Part shown: in pieces, positions 17,806 through 26,720 of the stretch
How positions within the stretch are numbered: position 1 is the first letter of the stretch
Layout of the letters: every line of letters begins with the position of its first letter
DNA from: a virus
Length of the DNA: 34,572 bases
Virus record (IMG/VR): IMGVR_UViG_3300045988_171512
Strand: one strand, 5' to 3'
The notes under the pieces: generated by a model
Seen by the model: the letters and a program-made list of their open reading frames with translations, nothing else
What the model was told of the DNA's origin: nothing
Database searches by the model: none
Translations under genes and position numbers: made by a program

Positions 17806-19497
17806 CTAGAAAGTTTGCACTATGAATCCATCTTCAAAGATAACATCTTGTTCAAGTAGATAACAAGCATTGATTAATGAGACTACCATATCTACTTTTC
17901 CTCTAGATTTTTTCTTTGTTACATATCGATTCATATTTGTATCAAAAGTACATCTTGCATTTTGAAAATTAATTTCAAGCAACTTATTATCTTCATATTG
18001 AAACTCTCTATTAGATATTTTTTCAAATAGTAACTTTGTTGGAGAATGCAAAGTATCGGAGTGTTGTCGAATCTGTACACAATTTATTCCATCGTATTTA
18101 CCGCCATCTCCACTTTCCCATTTTTGTGCAGAAGACATTGCATTATATCTATCATAGCCAAGAGCCTTTATTTTAACATTATATTTTTGTTCTATATGAA
18201 AAACAAAATCCTCTATAACAGCATAATCAACAGTCTTATTTCCACATGCAATACATTTTAATGATTCTATAAAACTTCTATAATTTATTTTTTCAAATTG
18301 TGTTTTCTCATCAATTCTTCCTTCTGGAATAAATGCAATTGCATCGGCTAGTATTTTTCCATCATCTTCAGCAACCATTCCAACAGAACAATTATCATTT
18401 GACATTGAAAGGTCAACGCCTAAATAAACTTCTCTACCAGACCAATCTATATGAGATACTTTGCATTGTAAGACATCATTGATATCAACATAAGATTCAG
18501 TTCCCTGACCTTGATAAATAATATTACAATGTTTAGTAAGAAAATTTTCTCTTGAATTTTCTATTGCTATTGCTCTAGCCCTTTTTTTCAATAGATCTTG
18601 CCATATTTCTGGAATCTCCAATGCTACAGGGTTTGCTTGCTTAAGAATAATATCATCATCAGTCCAATTTTTTGGATTATCAGGCTCATATAACAATGCA
18701 AATATAGTTTCATCTTTTTCAAGTTTATCTAAAACTCTTTTTGAATAAGAAATCTCATCTTCAAGTGGATTATCAGCGGTCGGATATTTAGTTGAAATAA
18801 TACAACCTAATTTATTTAATATGTTTAATTGTCCAGATCTCATTGCTTCGATTGCATAAGAATTTGGTAATGCTCCAACCTCATCTGCCAAGAAAACATT
18901 TGGAAGTTTACCATCCATACGAGAATTTGAATAATTTAAAGGAAAATATTTACTTCCCTTTAAAAGAAATTCTATCGAATCTCTTAAAATCTTAAATCTC
19001 GGAGTATCTTTATGAAGATAGAGCATAGGACTTGATTTTAATGTTTCTTCGATTGCATTTTTAACTTCTCTAGATAAAGCACCATCTGGAGCAACAGAAT
19101 AAAACTTACTAAACTTTGGTTCCATTAAAAAAAGCAAGATAAACAGTGTTGCTATAGTATAGGTCTTAAAGTTTTTTCTTGCTATTTCTAAAATTGCTGT
19201 CTCATACTTTCTTTTTTCTGGGTTATCTCTTCTAACCACCGCCAGAATAGAAATATAAAAAAGCCACTGATAATTACAAGTACACTCATATAATGGTGTA
19301 CCAGCTTTTAATCCTTTTGGCATTATTAACAATTTTAATATATTTTCTATTTGTTTTACTTTCTCTTCATTAAGATAATATTTCTTATCTTTACCATTTG
19401 CAATTTTAATAAACTCTTTACATTGCTTTTTAACATATTTAGGTACATACTTCGAACGAAGACACCATTTAGCATATTTGTATGCTTTATTGTCCAT
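17806..19497 (-). CDS. Terminase large subunit
   Basis: Walker A-like ARKNFKTYTIA, Walker B-like NVFLADEVGAL, YLGVDLSMSNDNCSV nuclease motif. Confidence 0.93.
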   Translation of the reverse strand: MDNKAYKYAKWCLRSKYVPKYVKKQCKEFIKIANGKDKKYYLNEEKVKQIENILKLLIMPKGLKAGTPLYECTCNYQWLFYISILAVVRRDNPEKRKYETAILEIARKNFKTYTIATLFILLFLMEPKFSKFYSVAPDGALSREVKNAIEETLKSSPMLYLHKDTPRFKILRDSIEFLLKGSKYFPLNYSNSRMDGKLPNVFLADEVGALPNSYAIEAMRSGQLNILNKLGCIISTKYPTADNPLEDEISYSKRVLDKLEKDETIFALLYEPDNPKNWTDDDIILKQANPVALEIPEIWQDLLKKRARAIAIENSRENFLTKHCNIIYQGQGTESYVDINDVLQCKVSHIDWSGREVYLGVDLSMSNDNCSVGMVAEDDGKILADAIAFIPEGRIDEKTQFEKINYRSFIESLKCIACGNKTVDYAVIEDFVFHIEQKYNVKIKALGYDRYNAMSSAQKWESGDGGKYDGINCVQIRQHSDTLHSPTKLLFEKISNREFQYEDNKLLEINFQNARCTFDTNMNRYVTKKKSRGKVDMVVSLINACYLLEQDVIFEDGFIVQTF

Positions 19498-19868
19498 TAT
19501 CTAATTCCTAATGCCTTTAACAACTCGTCCTCATTCTCTTCTTCACCCTCATCAGTTCTCAATGATTTAATAATTTTAATTAGAATTGCAACTGTCTGAT
19601 TAGCAGCAGTCGAAGTTTTATTAAATTCACTGATTGCTGGATTCGTATATAAGTTCTTTCTTCCTTTAACATATTCTTTTGTTACCAATGCTCCACTCTC
19701 ATTTATCTTTTCTTTTAAATCACTAAGAATCTTAAGTTGAACTTGATATCTTTTGAATGTAGTTAAGAATAAAAAGTTTTGCTCTACTCCATGTTGTTCA
19801 GCAATCTTCAATATCTCACTTGCTTGCTCATCCAAACTCATTTCCAACACTCCTTTCCAAAAAAACAT
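19497..19868 (-). CDS. Terminase small subunit, P27-like
   Basis: Size, position, NPAISEFNKTSTAANQTVAILIKIIKSL ending. Confidence 0.85.
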   Translation of the reverse strand: MFFWKGVLEMSLDEQASEILKIAEQHGVEQNFLFLTTFKRYQVQLKILSDLKEKINESGALVTKEYVKGRKNLYTNPAISEFNKTSTAANQTVAILIKIIKSLRTDEGEEENEDELLKALGIR

Positions 19869-19931
19869 ACGAGAAATTATATTTTGTGTGAACAGAGTGG
19901 ATAGGTGGGGTCTTTTACCTTTAAAAAGAAA

Positions 19932-20321
19932 TTACTCTTCAATGGTAGGGGGGATACCTAAGACTATATCGCTTAATAGCTTTCTAGGTATAGCTCCTGA
20001 ATCAGCCATCTTATGATGATAGTTACATAGAGTGATGAGATTATCATTGTCTAATCGTTTGTTATAATCTTCGTTAATTGGTACGATGTGATGTACCTCT
20101 AACTTATTATAGTTATAAACATTAATCGTATTGTATAACTTTTTTATACAAACCTGACATAAGTATTTATCTCTTTCTCTTATCTCTATACTCTTCTTTG
20201 TCCATCGTGTACTTCTTCTGAATCTATCCGCTGCATCACTATTATCTTTATTTTTATACTTTCTATAAGGACATATATGATCTTGTGGCACTATACCACA
20301 GTGACTACAAGTCTTTAACAT
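19932..20321 (-). CDS. HNH endonuclease (packaging-associated)
   Basis: YLCQVCIKKL...LEVHHIVPINEDYNKRLDNDNLITLCNYHHKM. Likely start MLKTCSHC at 20321 rather than 20354. Confidence 0.93.
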   Translation of the reverse strand: MLKTCSHCGIVPQDHICPYRKYKNKDNSDAADRFRRSTRWTKKSIEIRERDKYLCQVCIKKLYNTINVYNYNKLEVHHIVPINEDYNKRLDNDNLITLCNYHHKMADSGAIPRKLLSDIVLGIPPTIEE

Positions 20322-20343
20322 GATCACCATCTCCCTAACAATT

Positions 20344-20372
20344 AAAAAAGACAATAGTTATTTTCTACTGTC
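20344..20372 (-). terminator. Promoter-proximal terminator ahead of the late operon
   Basis: GACAGTAG/CTATTGTC stem (one G-U), TTTTTT tract on minus strand. Confidence 0.7.
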
Positions 20373-20388
20373 CCTTTGGAATACTTCC

Positions 20389-20439
20389 ATGATACCATTG
20401 TAACACAAGTTTTGTAAGATTTTGTAAGATTTTGTAAGA
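20389..20439 (-). promoter_or_regulatory. Late operon control region: three 10-bp tandem repeats (TCTTACAAAA) and promoter candidate TTACAA-N17-TATCAT
   Basis: Exact tandem copies at 20410-20419, 20420-20429, 20430-20439; -35 at 20412-20417 within the promoter-proximal copy, -10 at 20389-20394. Confidence 0.6.
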
Positions 20440-20442
20440 ACT

Positions 20443-20895
20443 TTACTTTTTTTTATTTTTTTTTATAAGTTCCTGTTCAAGTTTTGCTATATCACTCTTA
20501 ATTTGTTTTAATAAATCGTAAGTATATTCTCTTGCAAATGCTATATCTTTTGATATTTCTTTAACTTTAATATGTTGTATAAAGTATTTATAATAAATTA
20601 TATCTTTAGTCTCTTTACTATCTTTTAATTCTTTTTCTGCATCTAGCATTTGTCTATTATATACACCTAATAATTCTTTTGCCAATTCTTCTTTTGAATC
20701 TAATTCTATTTTTCTAGTTGTTAATTCCATCATCTTATCATTACTTGACTTATTACTATTAACAACCTCTCTCATTTGAGAAGTTGTAGATAACATTGCA
20801 CTTATAATATCTGCTATTTCATTTTGGATGTTCTGTAATTTTATTTTGGCTTGTTTGTAATTATAATATGTAACAAAATATTTCTTATAATTCAT
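20443..20895 (-). CDS. Putative late transcription regulator (ArpU/RinA/sigma-like), 150 aa
   Basis: Position between early and packaging regions; KDIIYYKYFIQHIKVKEISKDIAFAREYTYDLLKQI resembles sigma-region-4-like HTH. Confidence 0.6.
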   Translation of the reverse strand: MNYKKYFVTYYNYKQAKIKLQNIQNEIADIISAMLSTTSQMREVVNSNKSSNDKMMELTTRKIELDSKEELAKELLGVYNRQMLDAEKELKDSKETKDIIYYKYFIQHIKVKEISKDIAFAREYTYDLLKQIKSDIAKLEQELIKKNKKK

Positions 20896-20913
20896 CTTAA
20901 GCCTCCATCTTTC

Positions 20914-20994
20914 CTATTTATTTTTGCTGCCGATCCAAGCTAATATTAATATTGTAGTACATATAATTAATGTAATTAATACTCCATTACTCAT
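20914..20994 (-). CDS. Small membrane protein, 26 aa (MSNGVLITLIICTTILILAWIGSKNK)
   Basis: Hand translation; starts directly after the upstream integrase stop; single TM helix. Confidence 0.55.
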   Translation of the reverse strand: MSNGVLITLIICTTILILAWIGSKNK

Positions 20995-21855
20995 CTAATA
21001 TCTAATCCTTTCTAATTTATTTTTCTTTTCTTTCATTGAGGTTTTAGTATATATTGCTGTTGTATTTATATCTTTATGACCTAAAATATCCGCTAATTCA
21101 TCTAAATCAATTCCATTTTCTTTACATTGTTTAGCAAAGAGATGTCTCCAAGCATGTGGATGGATTTTTTTAGGATTGATTTTTGCACTTCTTGCTATTT
21201 TTTTTAGTCTCCTCCAAATAGTAGAATTATTTAACATTTGATTTTCATTTACAGGACTAATAAAGATATAGCCACTCTTTATTTTATGATCCTTACAGTA
21301 GTGCTTAAGATCCCTCTTTAATTCGTTAGTCATTATAAGGACTCTTTCTTTGCCTTTGTTATAAGCCCCTTTTATATAATTACTATCTATATTTTCAACA
21401 GTAAAATATTTTAGTTCTTCTATTCTGGCACCTACATGAGCAAATATTTGAATAATATAGTACATATCCATCATATTCATTTTTTTAGCCCATCTAAGCA
21501 TTCTTTTATGTTCTTGTATTTCAATCTGTTCTTCCAAGACTGATTTTGACTGCTCTTTAAATTGTTTTATCCTATAATCTTTATCTTTATTTTCAGAATC
21601 ACCATAACCAAGAAACTTTAAAAATTTATTAATGACAACTATATATTGATTTCTGCTTTTTATTGAATATTTTTCAATTAGACTATGTTTCCAATCAATC
21701 ATTAGACTCTTACTTAAAGTAAAATCATTATCTACAAAATCAATGAATTTATCAATTGCATTTTCATAACTTACTAGAGTTTTTTGAGCCAATTCTTCTA
21801 ATTTTAACATTTCTATAAACTCTTTTTTCTTTTCTTTTAGATTTTCTTTAGTCAT
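20995..21855 (-). CDS. Second tyrosine recombinase (XerC/D-like), 286 aa
   Basis: HPHAWRHLFAKQCKENGIDLDELADILGHKDINTTAIYTKTS catalytic block. Confidence 0.92.
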   Translation of the reverse strand: MTKENLKEKKKEFIEMLKLEELAQKTLVSYENAIDKFIDFVDNDFTLSKSLMIDWKHSLIEKYSIKSRNQYIVVINKFLKFLGYGDSENKDKDYRIKQFKEQSKSVLEEQIEIQEHKRMLRWAKKMNMMDMYYIIQIFAHVGARIEELKYFTVENIDSNYIKGAYNKGKERVLIMTNELKRDLKHYCKDHKIKSGYIFISPVNENQMLNNSTIWRRLKKIARSAKINPKKIHPHAWRHLFAKQCKENGIDLDELADILGHKDINTTAIYTKTSMKEKKNKLERIRY

Positions 21856-21981
21856 AATATTAACTAATATATACCCTCCCTTCTCTCTGTTTATTTAATG
21901 CAAGATATGTATATTATTATATTGCACCTAGTAGACATTGAATTAGCCTTTATATATCAATGCTTTAACTAGTTTTTACTA

Positions 21982-22242
21982 TTAAAAATAGTTTTTATGA
22001 TTTTCAGTAGTGTTTTTAATAAATTTAATACCGTATTTTTCTTGTAGTTCTTTTTCTTTTTTATTAAATTTAATATCAAATTCTTTTTTTATTGAACTAT
22101 ATAGTTCCTCTTTTTCTTTTTTATAAGAATTAAACTTTTTTTCACATTCTTTACATACATCATAAAATTGGTCAAAATCAGTAACCGTTTGATAACTTTT
22201 GGTTATTTCTTTACCACAAATATCACATGTAATTAATCTCAT
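21982..22242 (-). CDS. Small zinc-finger protein, 86 aa
   Basis: CDICGKEI...CKECEKKF. Confidence 0.6.
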   Translation of the reverse strand: MRLITCDICGKEITKSYQTVTDFDQFYDVCKECEKKFNSYKKEKEELYSSIKKEFDIKFNKKEKELQEKYGIKFIKNTTENHKNYF

Positions 22243-22257
22243 TTATTTATTCACCTC

Positions 22258-22566
22258 CTAACATACATCAATAATTCCATCTGGATTATCTTCACAACAA
22301 TTTCTCATAGCTTTAATTGCTTTTAATAAATCATAATAAGTTCCCCAACCATTTTCAGGATTTAGCTTTTCATATTCCTCTTGATTCACTATTAAATCTT
22401 CAATGGCTTTTTGTAAAATTGGTAATGCTTCTTTACAACTCATACCATCTAATGCTTTGAAACCTCCAGGAATACATTTATAGTACATTTTTGAAAGATT
22501 ATAAGTAATATTCCTATCAAATATCTCAACTTCTCTTGTTGCTCTTACTCCTATATCTAAACTCAT
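22258..22566 (-). CDS. Phage hypothetical protein, 102 aa
   Basis: ORF in compact early operon; TYYDLLKAIKAMRNCCEDNPDGIIDV. Confidence 0.6.
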   Translation of the reverse strand: MSLDIGVRATREVEIFDRNITYNLSKMYYKCIPGGFKALDGMSCKEALPILQKAIEDLIVNQEEYEKLNPENGWGTYYDLLKAIKAMRNCCEDNPDGIIDVC

Positions 22567-22584
22567 TTATATTCACTTTCCTTC

Positions 22585-22866
22585 TTAAAATATATTTCCA
22601 AATAGATCATTAAATTTGCTAGCAGCTTTAATATTTTCTATATCTTCATCGGTCAATGCCTCTATTTGTTGATTTTGAATTTCTTCAATGTATTTTCTTT
22701 TAAGTTCTTTAAATTTATCAAAAGTAGTTAAATCTTCTTGCATTAATATTTCTAATATCGCACTTAAACATGCGGATACTTCATTTTGATAATCTAATTC
22801 TTGATTTTTACCGCTATATAAAAAATCTTTTAATTCTTCTTTTTTCACCTTATTTACCTCCAACAT
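22585..22866 (-). CDS. Hypothetical early protein, 93 aa
   Basis: Compact operon ORF. Confidence 0.6.
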   Translation of the reverse strand: MLEVNKVKKEELKDFLYSGKNQELDYQNEVSACLSAILEILMQEDLTTFDKFKELKRKYIEEIQNQQIEALTDEDIENIKAASKFNDLFGNIF

Positions 22867-23102
22867 TCTCGTATAATCTGTTTTATATTTTCATCAACAT
22901 TTTCATAAATTCTTTCAAGTATATCCCTTTCTTGTGTATATATTTTTTTATTTTTAACATCATTTAAGGCTTCAATATAACCTTTTAAACGATAAATCTC
23001 ATTATTCCTTTTAACATCGTTCATAGTAGTTATATAATTAAAATCATTAATTTTTTTTAATCGCTCTTTTTTTCTATGAATAATAGTATGTATATCTTCC
23101 AT
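22854..23102 (-). CDS. Hypothetical early protein, 82 aa
   Basis: Overlaps upstream neighbour in compact operon. Confidence 0.6.
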   Translation of the reverse strand: MEDIHTIIHRKKERLKKINDFNYITTMNDVKRNNEIYRLKGYIEALNDVKNKKIYTQERDILERIYENVDENIKQIIRECWR

Positions 23103-23113
23103 TATTTACCATC

Positions 23114-23323
23114 CTACTTTCTAATAAGGTCTTTTATAAGTGAACCGATCATAATAATTAGGAATATTGTAAGTATTGTAATTAAACTTAAAAAAGTCCA
23201 GTCTATAAAACTCCAATCAATTTTAGTGGTTTCTCCAGTGCATATATTTATGTATTCACAACTTCCTACATTAGTTCGTTCTACTAAACAACTACTCAAA
23301 TTTACATTTATCTCATCTTTCAT
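23114..23323 (-). CDS. Small membrane protein, 69 aa
   Basis: WTFLSLITILTIFLIIMIGSLI TM helix. Confidence 0.6.
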   Translation of the reverse strand: MKDEINVNLSSCLVERTNVGSCEYINICTGETTKIDWSFIDWTFLSLITILTIFLIIMIGSLIKDLIRK

Positions 23324-23611
23324 TTATTCCACCTCTTTTAATATATCTAATAACTTATCTTTATCAGCAATTTCCCACCAATAACCGCCACAACCATTAT
23401 CATCTAAAAATACATTTTCATTTATATATTTTATTGCTTTATTAATTACTTCATTTTGCTTTTTACATTGTTTTTCTGTTTCATTTAACAATTTGGCGCA
23501 TTGATTATAGCCATAAATTAACCAATCGTAAGTTTCTTTATCTTCTCCAGTTAGTTTAGCCCCCAACTCATCAACTCTTTTTAAATAGTCTTCAATTTCT
23601 TTTTTATTCAT
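23324..23611 (-). CDS. Hypothetical early protein, 95 aa
   Basis: Compact operon ORF. Confidence 0.6.
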   Translation of the reverse strand: MNKKEIEDYLKRVDELGAKLTGEDKETYDWLIYGYNQCAKLLNETEKQCKKQNEVINKAIKYINENVFLDDNGCGGYWWEIADKDKLLDILKEVE

Positions 23612-23702
23612 CCTTCCACTCCTTTATCATTAAAATGAAATTTATTATAGCAATTAAACCAACTAACCCCCAGAATATTAATGGTATATATAATATAATC
23701 AT
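23604..23702 (-). CDS. Small membrane protein, 32 aa (MIILYIPLIFWGLVGLIAIINFILMIKEWKDE)
   Basis: Hand translation; AAGGAGG SD; stop overlaps the downstream start; fills the gap between annotated ORFs. Confidence 0.7.
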   Translation of the reverse strand: MIILYIPLIFWGLVGLIAIINFILMIKEWKDE

Positions 23703-24041
23703 TTAATCCTCCTTATTAAATAATATTTTATTTAAAAGTTCTTCTTGCTCTTGATTTAAAGTAGTCTTTAAATATAAACTTTCTATTAATGTTTCTAATC
23801 TCTTTTTTTCTTCTTTCAATTGATAAATTTCCTTATCTATTAGTTCTCGATATATTTTAGCAGTATTACCTTCAGGTCTTACAAAAAATTTAATTATACT
23901 TTTATCACCAAAATAATTTTCTTTAACTTCATCAGTCCATAAATTTATTTGTCCTTTTATGAATATATCTTCTTCTATTTTCACTATCTTATAGCCATTT
24001 AAATATTTGCCAAGCAAAGAGTACAAATCTTCTTTATTCAT
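23703..24041 (-). CDS. Hypothetical early protein, 112 aa
   Basis: Compact operon ORF. Confidence 0.6.
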   Translation of the reverse strand: MNKEDLYSLLGKYLNGYKIVKIEEDIFIKGQINLWTDEVKENYFGDKSIIKFFVRPEGNTAKIYRELIDKEIYQLKEEKKRLETLIESLYLKTTLNQEQEELLNKILFNKED

Positions 24042-24313
24042 TGTTTATCTTCCACCTTTTCTACCAAATTTTCTTTTATTAAATCTTTAATATTATTTTT
24101 ATTAAAAGATGATTCATCACCAGAAGTAACACTCCACCAATCAAAGTCTTTCATCATTTCAAATATTTCTCTATTTTTATCTATGATAATTATGTGCCAC
24201 CAACAATCATTTATTTTTTTTTCGTAGTATGATGTTACTGGATCATAATCAAATCCATACTTTTCTAATTGTTTTAAGTCTATATCATCTCTAATTTTTA
24301 ACATAAAATTCAC
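24038..24313 (-). CDS. Hypothetical early protein, 91 aa
   Basis: Compact operon ORF. Confidence 0.6.
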   Translation of the reverse strand: MNFMLKIRDDIDLKQLEKYGFDYDPVTSYYEKKINDCWWHIIIIDKNREIFEMMKDFDWWSVTSGDESSFNKNNIKDLIKENLVEKVEDKQ

Positions 24314-24698
24314 TTAGACTCATTAAAAATTCTTGAACACTTTGATTCTCATATTTATAGGCTCTATCATCTATGTATAATTGTGCTGGGAGTTTTCTAT
24401 TTGTTATTCCTACAACTTTTAAATCATTCCAAAACATTACATTATCGCTTATTATTTCGTTTTTAAAACCAATTATATTTTTATCAAACCATTCCTTTAT
24501 TTGTTTTGGATTTCTTGTAGAGCATATAAATACAGGTATATTCATGTGTTGCAAAACTACTATTAAATCTATAGCATTTTTGTTACATTCATCATATATA
24601 CTTCCATCTTGCCAACCCTTTCTATATTTATGAATTACTCCATCAAAATCAAAACATACTGCTAGATTTTCTTTCAACTTAATATTTGCTTCTTTCAT
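24291..24698 (-). CDS. HAD-superfamily hydrolase-like protein, 135 aa
   Basis: VCFDFDGVIH (motif I), VFICSTRNPKQ, LYIDDRAY. Confidence 0.8.
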   Translation of the reverse strand: MKEANIKLKENLAVCFDFDGVIHKYRKGWQDGSIYDECNKNAIDLIVVLQHMNIPVFICSTRNPKQIKEWFDKNIIGFKNEIISDNVMFWNDLKVVGITNRKLPAQLYIDDRAYKYENQSVQEFLMSLSEFYVKN

Positions 24699-24883
24699 TA
24701 TCTAACCCTTCCTTTTACCTTTACTTTTTCTTTTTCCTCTTCTAAAATATCTAATATCCAATTTAAAGTATTCAATATCGATTCTTTTTCTTTACAATTA
24801 GGTAAACTATATAAGTAATACATTTTTAATTTAATTTTTTCTTCAAAGTTCAAACCTTCATAATTTATATTTATATCTTTCAT
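24698..24883 (-). CDS. Hypothetical early protein, 61 aa
   Basis: Compact operon ORF. Confidence 0.5.
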   Translation of the reverse strand: MKDININYEGLNFEEKIKLKMYYLYSLPNCKEKESILNTLNWILDILEEEKEKVKVKGRVR

Positions 24884-25326
24884 AATTCCTCCAAACTTAA
24901 TAGTCTAATAACATCTTTATCTGTGTGACCATCCCACTTAGGAGCATTCTTTAATTCCTTAACTTTAAAATAGTTCCAATATTGCATGTGATAATGATAT
25001 GTATAAGTTCCTTTAGGAGTATTAATTCCAACTATAAAGTAATTATCATACATAGTACCATCCTCGTGCTTTTTAGATTTCCATGAAATATTTTTATTCT
25101 GATTACATATAACTGCAAATAATATCATCCTTTGAAAATATAAACTATCAAATGTATGGTATGTATCGCTTAGCATTCCTTCATAAATTAAATTTTTACT
25201 TTTTAATTTATATATTTTTTTATTTATTTTTCTAGCATTTTCACTTTTTATATATTCTAATTCTTTTCTTTCATCATCTACTGGTTTAAGCATAACTTTT
25301 TCCTCCTTATTCAACATAACCATCAT
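24880..25326 (-). CDS. Phage hypothetical protein, 148 aa
   Basis: YHYHMQYWNYFKVKELKNAPKWDGHTDKDVIRLLSL resembles a common phage family of unknown function. Confidence 0.7.
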   Translation of the reverse strand: MMVMLNKEEKVMLKPVDDERKELEYIKSENARKINKKIYKLKSKNLIYEGMLSDTYHTFDSLYFQRMILFAVICNQNKNISWKSKKHEDGTMYDNYFIVGINTPKGTYTYHYHMQYWNYFKVKELKNAPKWDGHTDKDVIRLLSLEEL

Positions 25327-25498
25327 AAATTGTTACAACACAATCTATTTTTTCATCTTTTTCTTTGTAAAGATTAATAGTAGTTTTGTCTGTATCAATA
25401 ATCAATGAATGATAAATTTTTAATAATTCTTCAAGAGTGTTTATTTCTTTGACTTCTCTATAATCCCAATCACTTGCTTTTGTTATTACTACTTTCAT
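25307..25498 (-). CDS. Hypothetical early protein, 63 aa
   Basis: Compact operon ORF. Confidence 0.5.
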   Translation of the reverse strand: MKVVITKASDWDYREVKEINTLEELLKIYHSLIIDTDKTTINLYKEKDEKIDCVVTIYDGYVE

Positions 25499-25531
25499 TA
25501 CTTTTCTCCTTTTAATTTATTATTCGAAACA

Positions 25532-26032
25532 TTAACCACCTAATCGAGGGTCATATGCTTCCCATTTATAATCATCATATTCAGTAACTTTATCTAATGT
25601 TATATTACCCTTAATCACTTCTATTTCTTGTACAAATTGCATTCCACACTCAAACGCCATTATTCTAAAATCTACATTATAAATTTTGGATATTTCTTTA
25701 AAATAATCAGGTTCTAGCCTCCAAGCTTGTTTAATATCTAAATAGCATATTTCTTCGTCATAATCATCAAGACTTTCTATATACCATTCAATATTTTCTT
25801 CTATAAAACATCTCCTGCTATCTTTTATATATAACCAACTGTCATGTAAGATATCGGTTTTTGCTACAAAATAGCAGCCCCAGTCATCAACTTTTACATC
25901 TAATGGATATTTGGTATAATCATCATTTGCATCTATTGGGTAACCACGTCTTTCTATTCCATTATTTAAAAAGTTCAACAAATCTTTTTTCTTTCCCCTT
26001 ACTTTTAATACTCCTTTGCACCAATTTGGCAT
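25532..26032 (-). CDS. Api92-like (ferredoxin-like fold) protein, 166 aa
   Basis: MPNWCKGVLKVRGKK...FRIMAFECGMQFVQEIEVIKG pattern of Api92-like phage/plasmid proteins. Confidence 0.7.
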   Translation of the reverse strand: MPNWCKGVLKVRGKKKDLLNFLNNGIERRGYPIDANDDYTKYPLDVKVDDWGCYFVAKTDILHDSWLYIKDSRRCFIEENIEWYIESLDDYDEEICYLDIKQAWRLEPDYFKEISKIYNVDFRIMAFECGMQFVQEIEVIKGNITLDKVTEYDDYKWEAYDPRLGG

Positions 26033-26199
26033 AAATCACTCCTTCTTTCCATTATTTGTTTTTTTTCTTTTAATTTTATTATTTCAAAACTTATATAACA
26101 TTTTTCAAATGGTAATGAAGATTCTAATTTTTTATTTAACATTTCTAATCTATTTTCTATCTTAAATTTTTTCATTGTTTTTATTAATTCATCTTCCAT
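26005..26199 (-). CDS. Hypothetical early protein, 64 aa
   Basis: Compact operon ORF. Confidence 0.5.
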   Translation of the reverse strand: MEDELIKTMKKFKIENRLEMLNKKLESSLPFEKCYISFEIIKLKEKKQIMERRSDLCQIGAKEY

Positions 26200-26201
26200 C
26201 T

Positions 26202-26585
26202 CTAACTCCTCTTTACAATTCTTTGAATCTCTTCTGGAGTGTAATATTTGTTGTTATACTTTATTCCTATTTGCTTTTCTCTCTTATACAAATCTGCTAT
26301 TAAAAACTTTCTATATTCTTTTGCAATAAGTTTGTTTTTACTCTTATTAAATGATGATGCTATTTCTATATCATGTTTTATTTTTCTTCTCTCTTCTCTT
26401 ATTTTTTTCATTTCCTTAATTACTCTATAACATTCAAATGTTGTTAATTTTTCGTTTTCAATTAGATGTAATAAATCTTGTTCTTTTAGATCCTCTTGAC
26501 TAATTTTTTCTGATAGAGAATCACAATAATCATCTATTTCATCTAACTTGCCGATTATAGACTTTATTTCTTCAATTATAACCAT
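26202..26585 (-). CDS. Hypothetical coiled-coil protein, 127 aa
   Basis: Compact operon ORF. Confidence 0.6.
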   Translation of the reverse strand: MVIIEEIKSIIGKLDEIDDYCDSLSEKISQEDLKEQDLLHLIENEKLTTFECYRVIKEMKKIREERRKIKHDIEIASSFNKSKNKLIAKEYRKFLIADLYKREKQIGIKYNNKYYTPEEIQRIVKRS

Positions 26586-26588
26586 ATT

Positions 26589-26720
26589 TTAATTAAAGAT
26601 AATAGACATTAACATTAGAATTGCTATTAGAATAAAGAGGAAAATTACAGATATCAGAGAGCCAATTTTTGGCTCATCTTCTATCAACCTATTTAATTTT
26701 TTCAGTACTTCATTTATCAT
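26589..26720 (-). CDS. Small membrane protein, 43 aa (MINEVLKKLNRLIEDEPKIGSLISVIFLFILIAILMLMSIIFN)
   Basis: Hand translation; overlaps stop of the upstream gene; single TM helix. Confidence 0.6.
   Translation of the reverse strand: MINEVLKKLNRLIEDEPKIGSLISVIFLFILIAILMLMSIIFN

Noticed and set aside
20095-20107. Alternative genetic code (TGA as Trp)
   Set aside because: Low GC suggested checking this, but TGA serves as a natural stop in compact operon junctions such as 26710-26712 and proteins use TGG for Trp.
26631-26650. Hairpin GAGCCAA/TTGGCTC as a terminator
   Set aside because: No T tract on either strand and it lies within a plausible small ORF.
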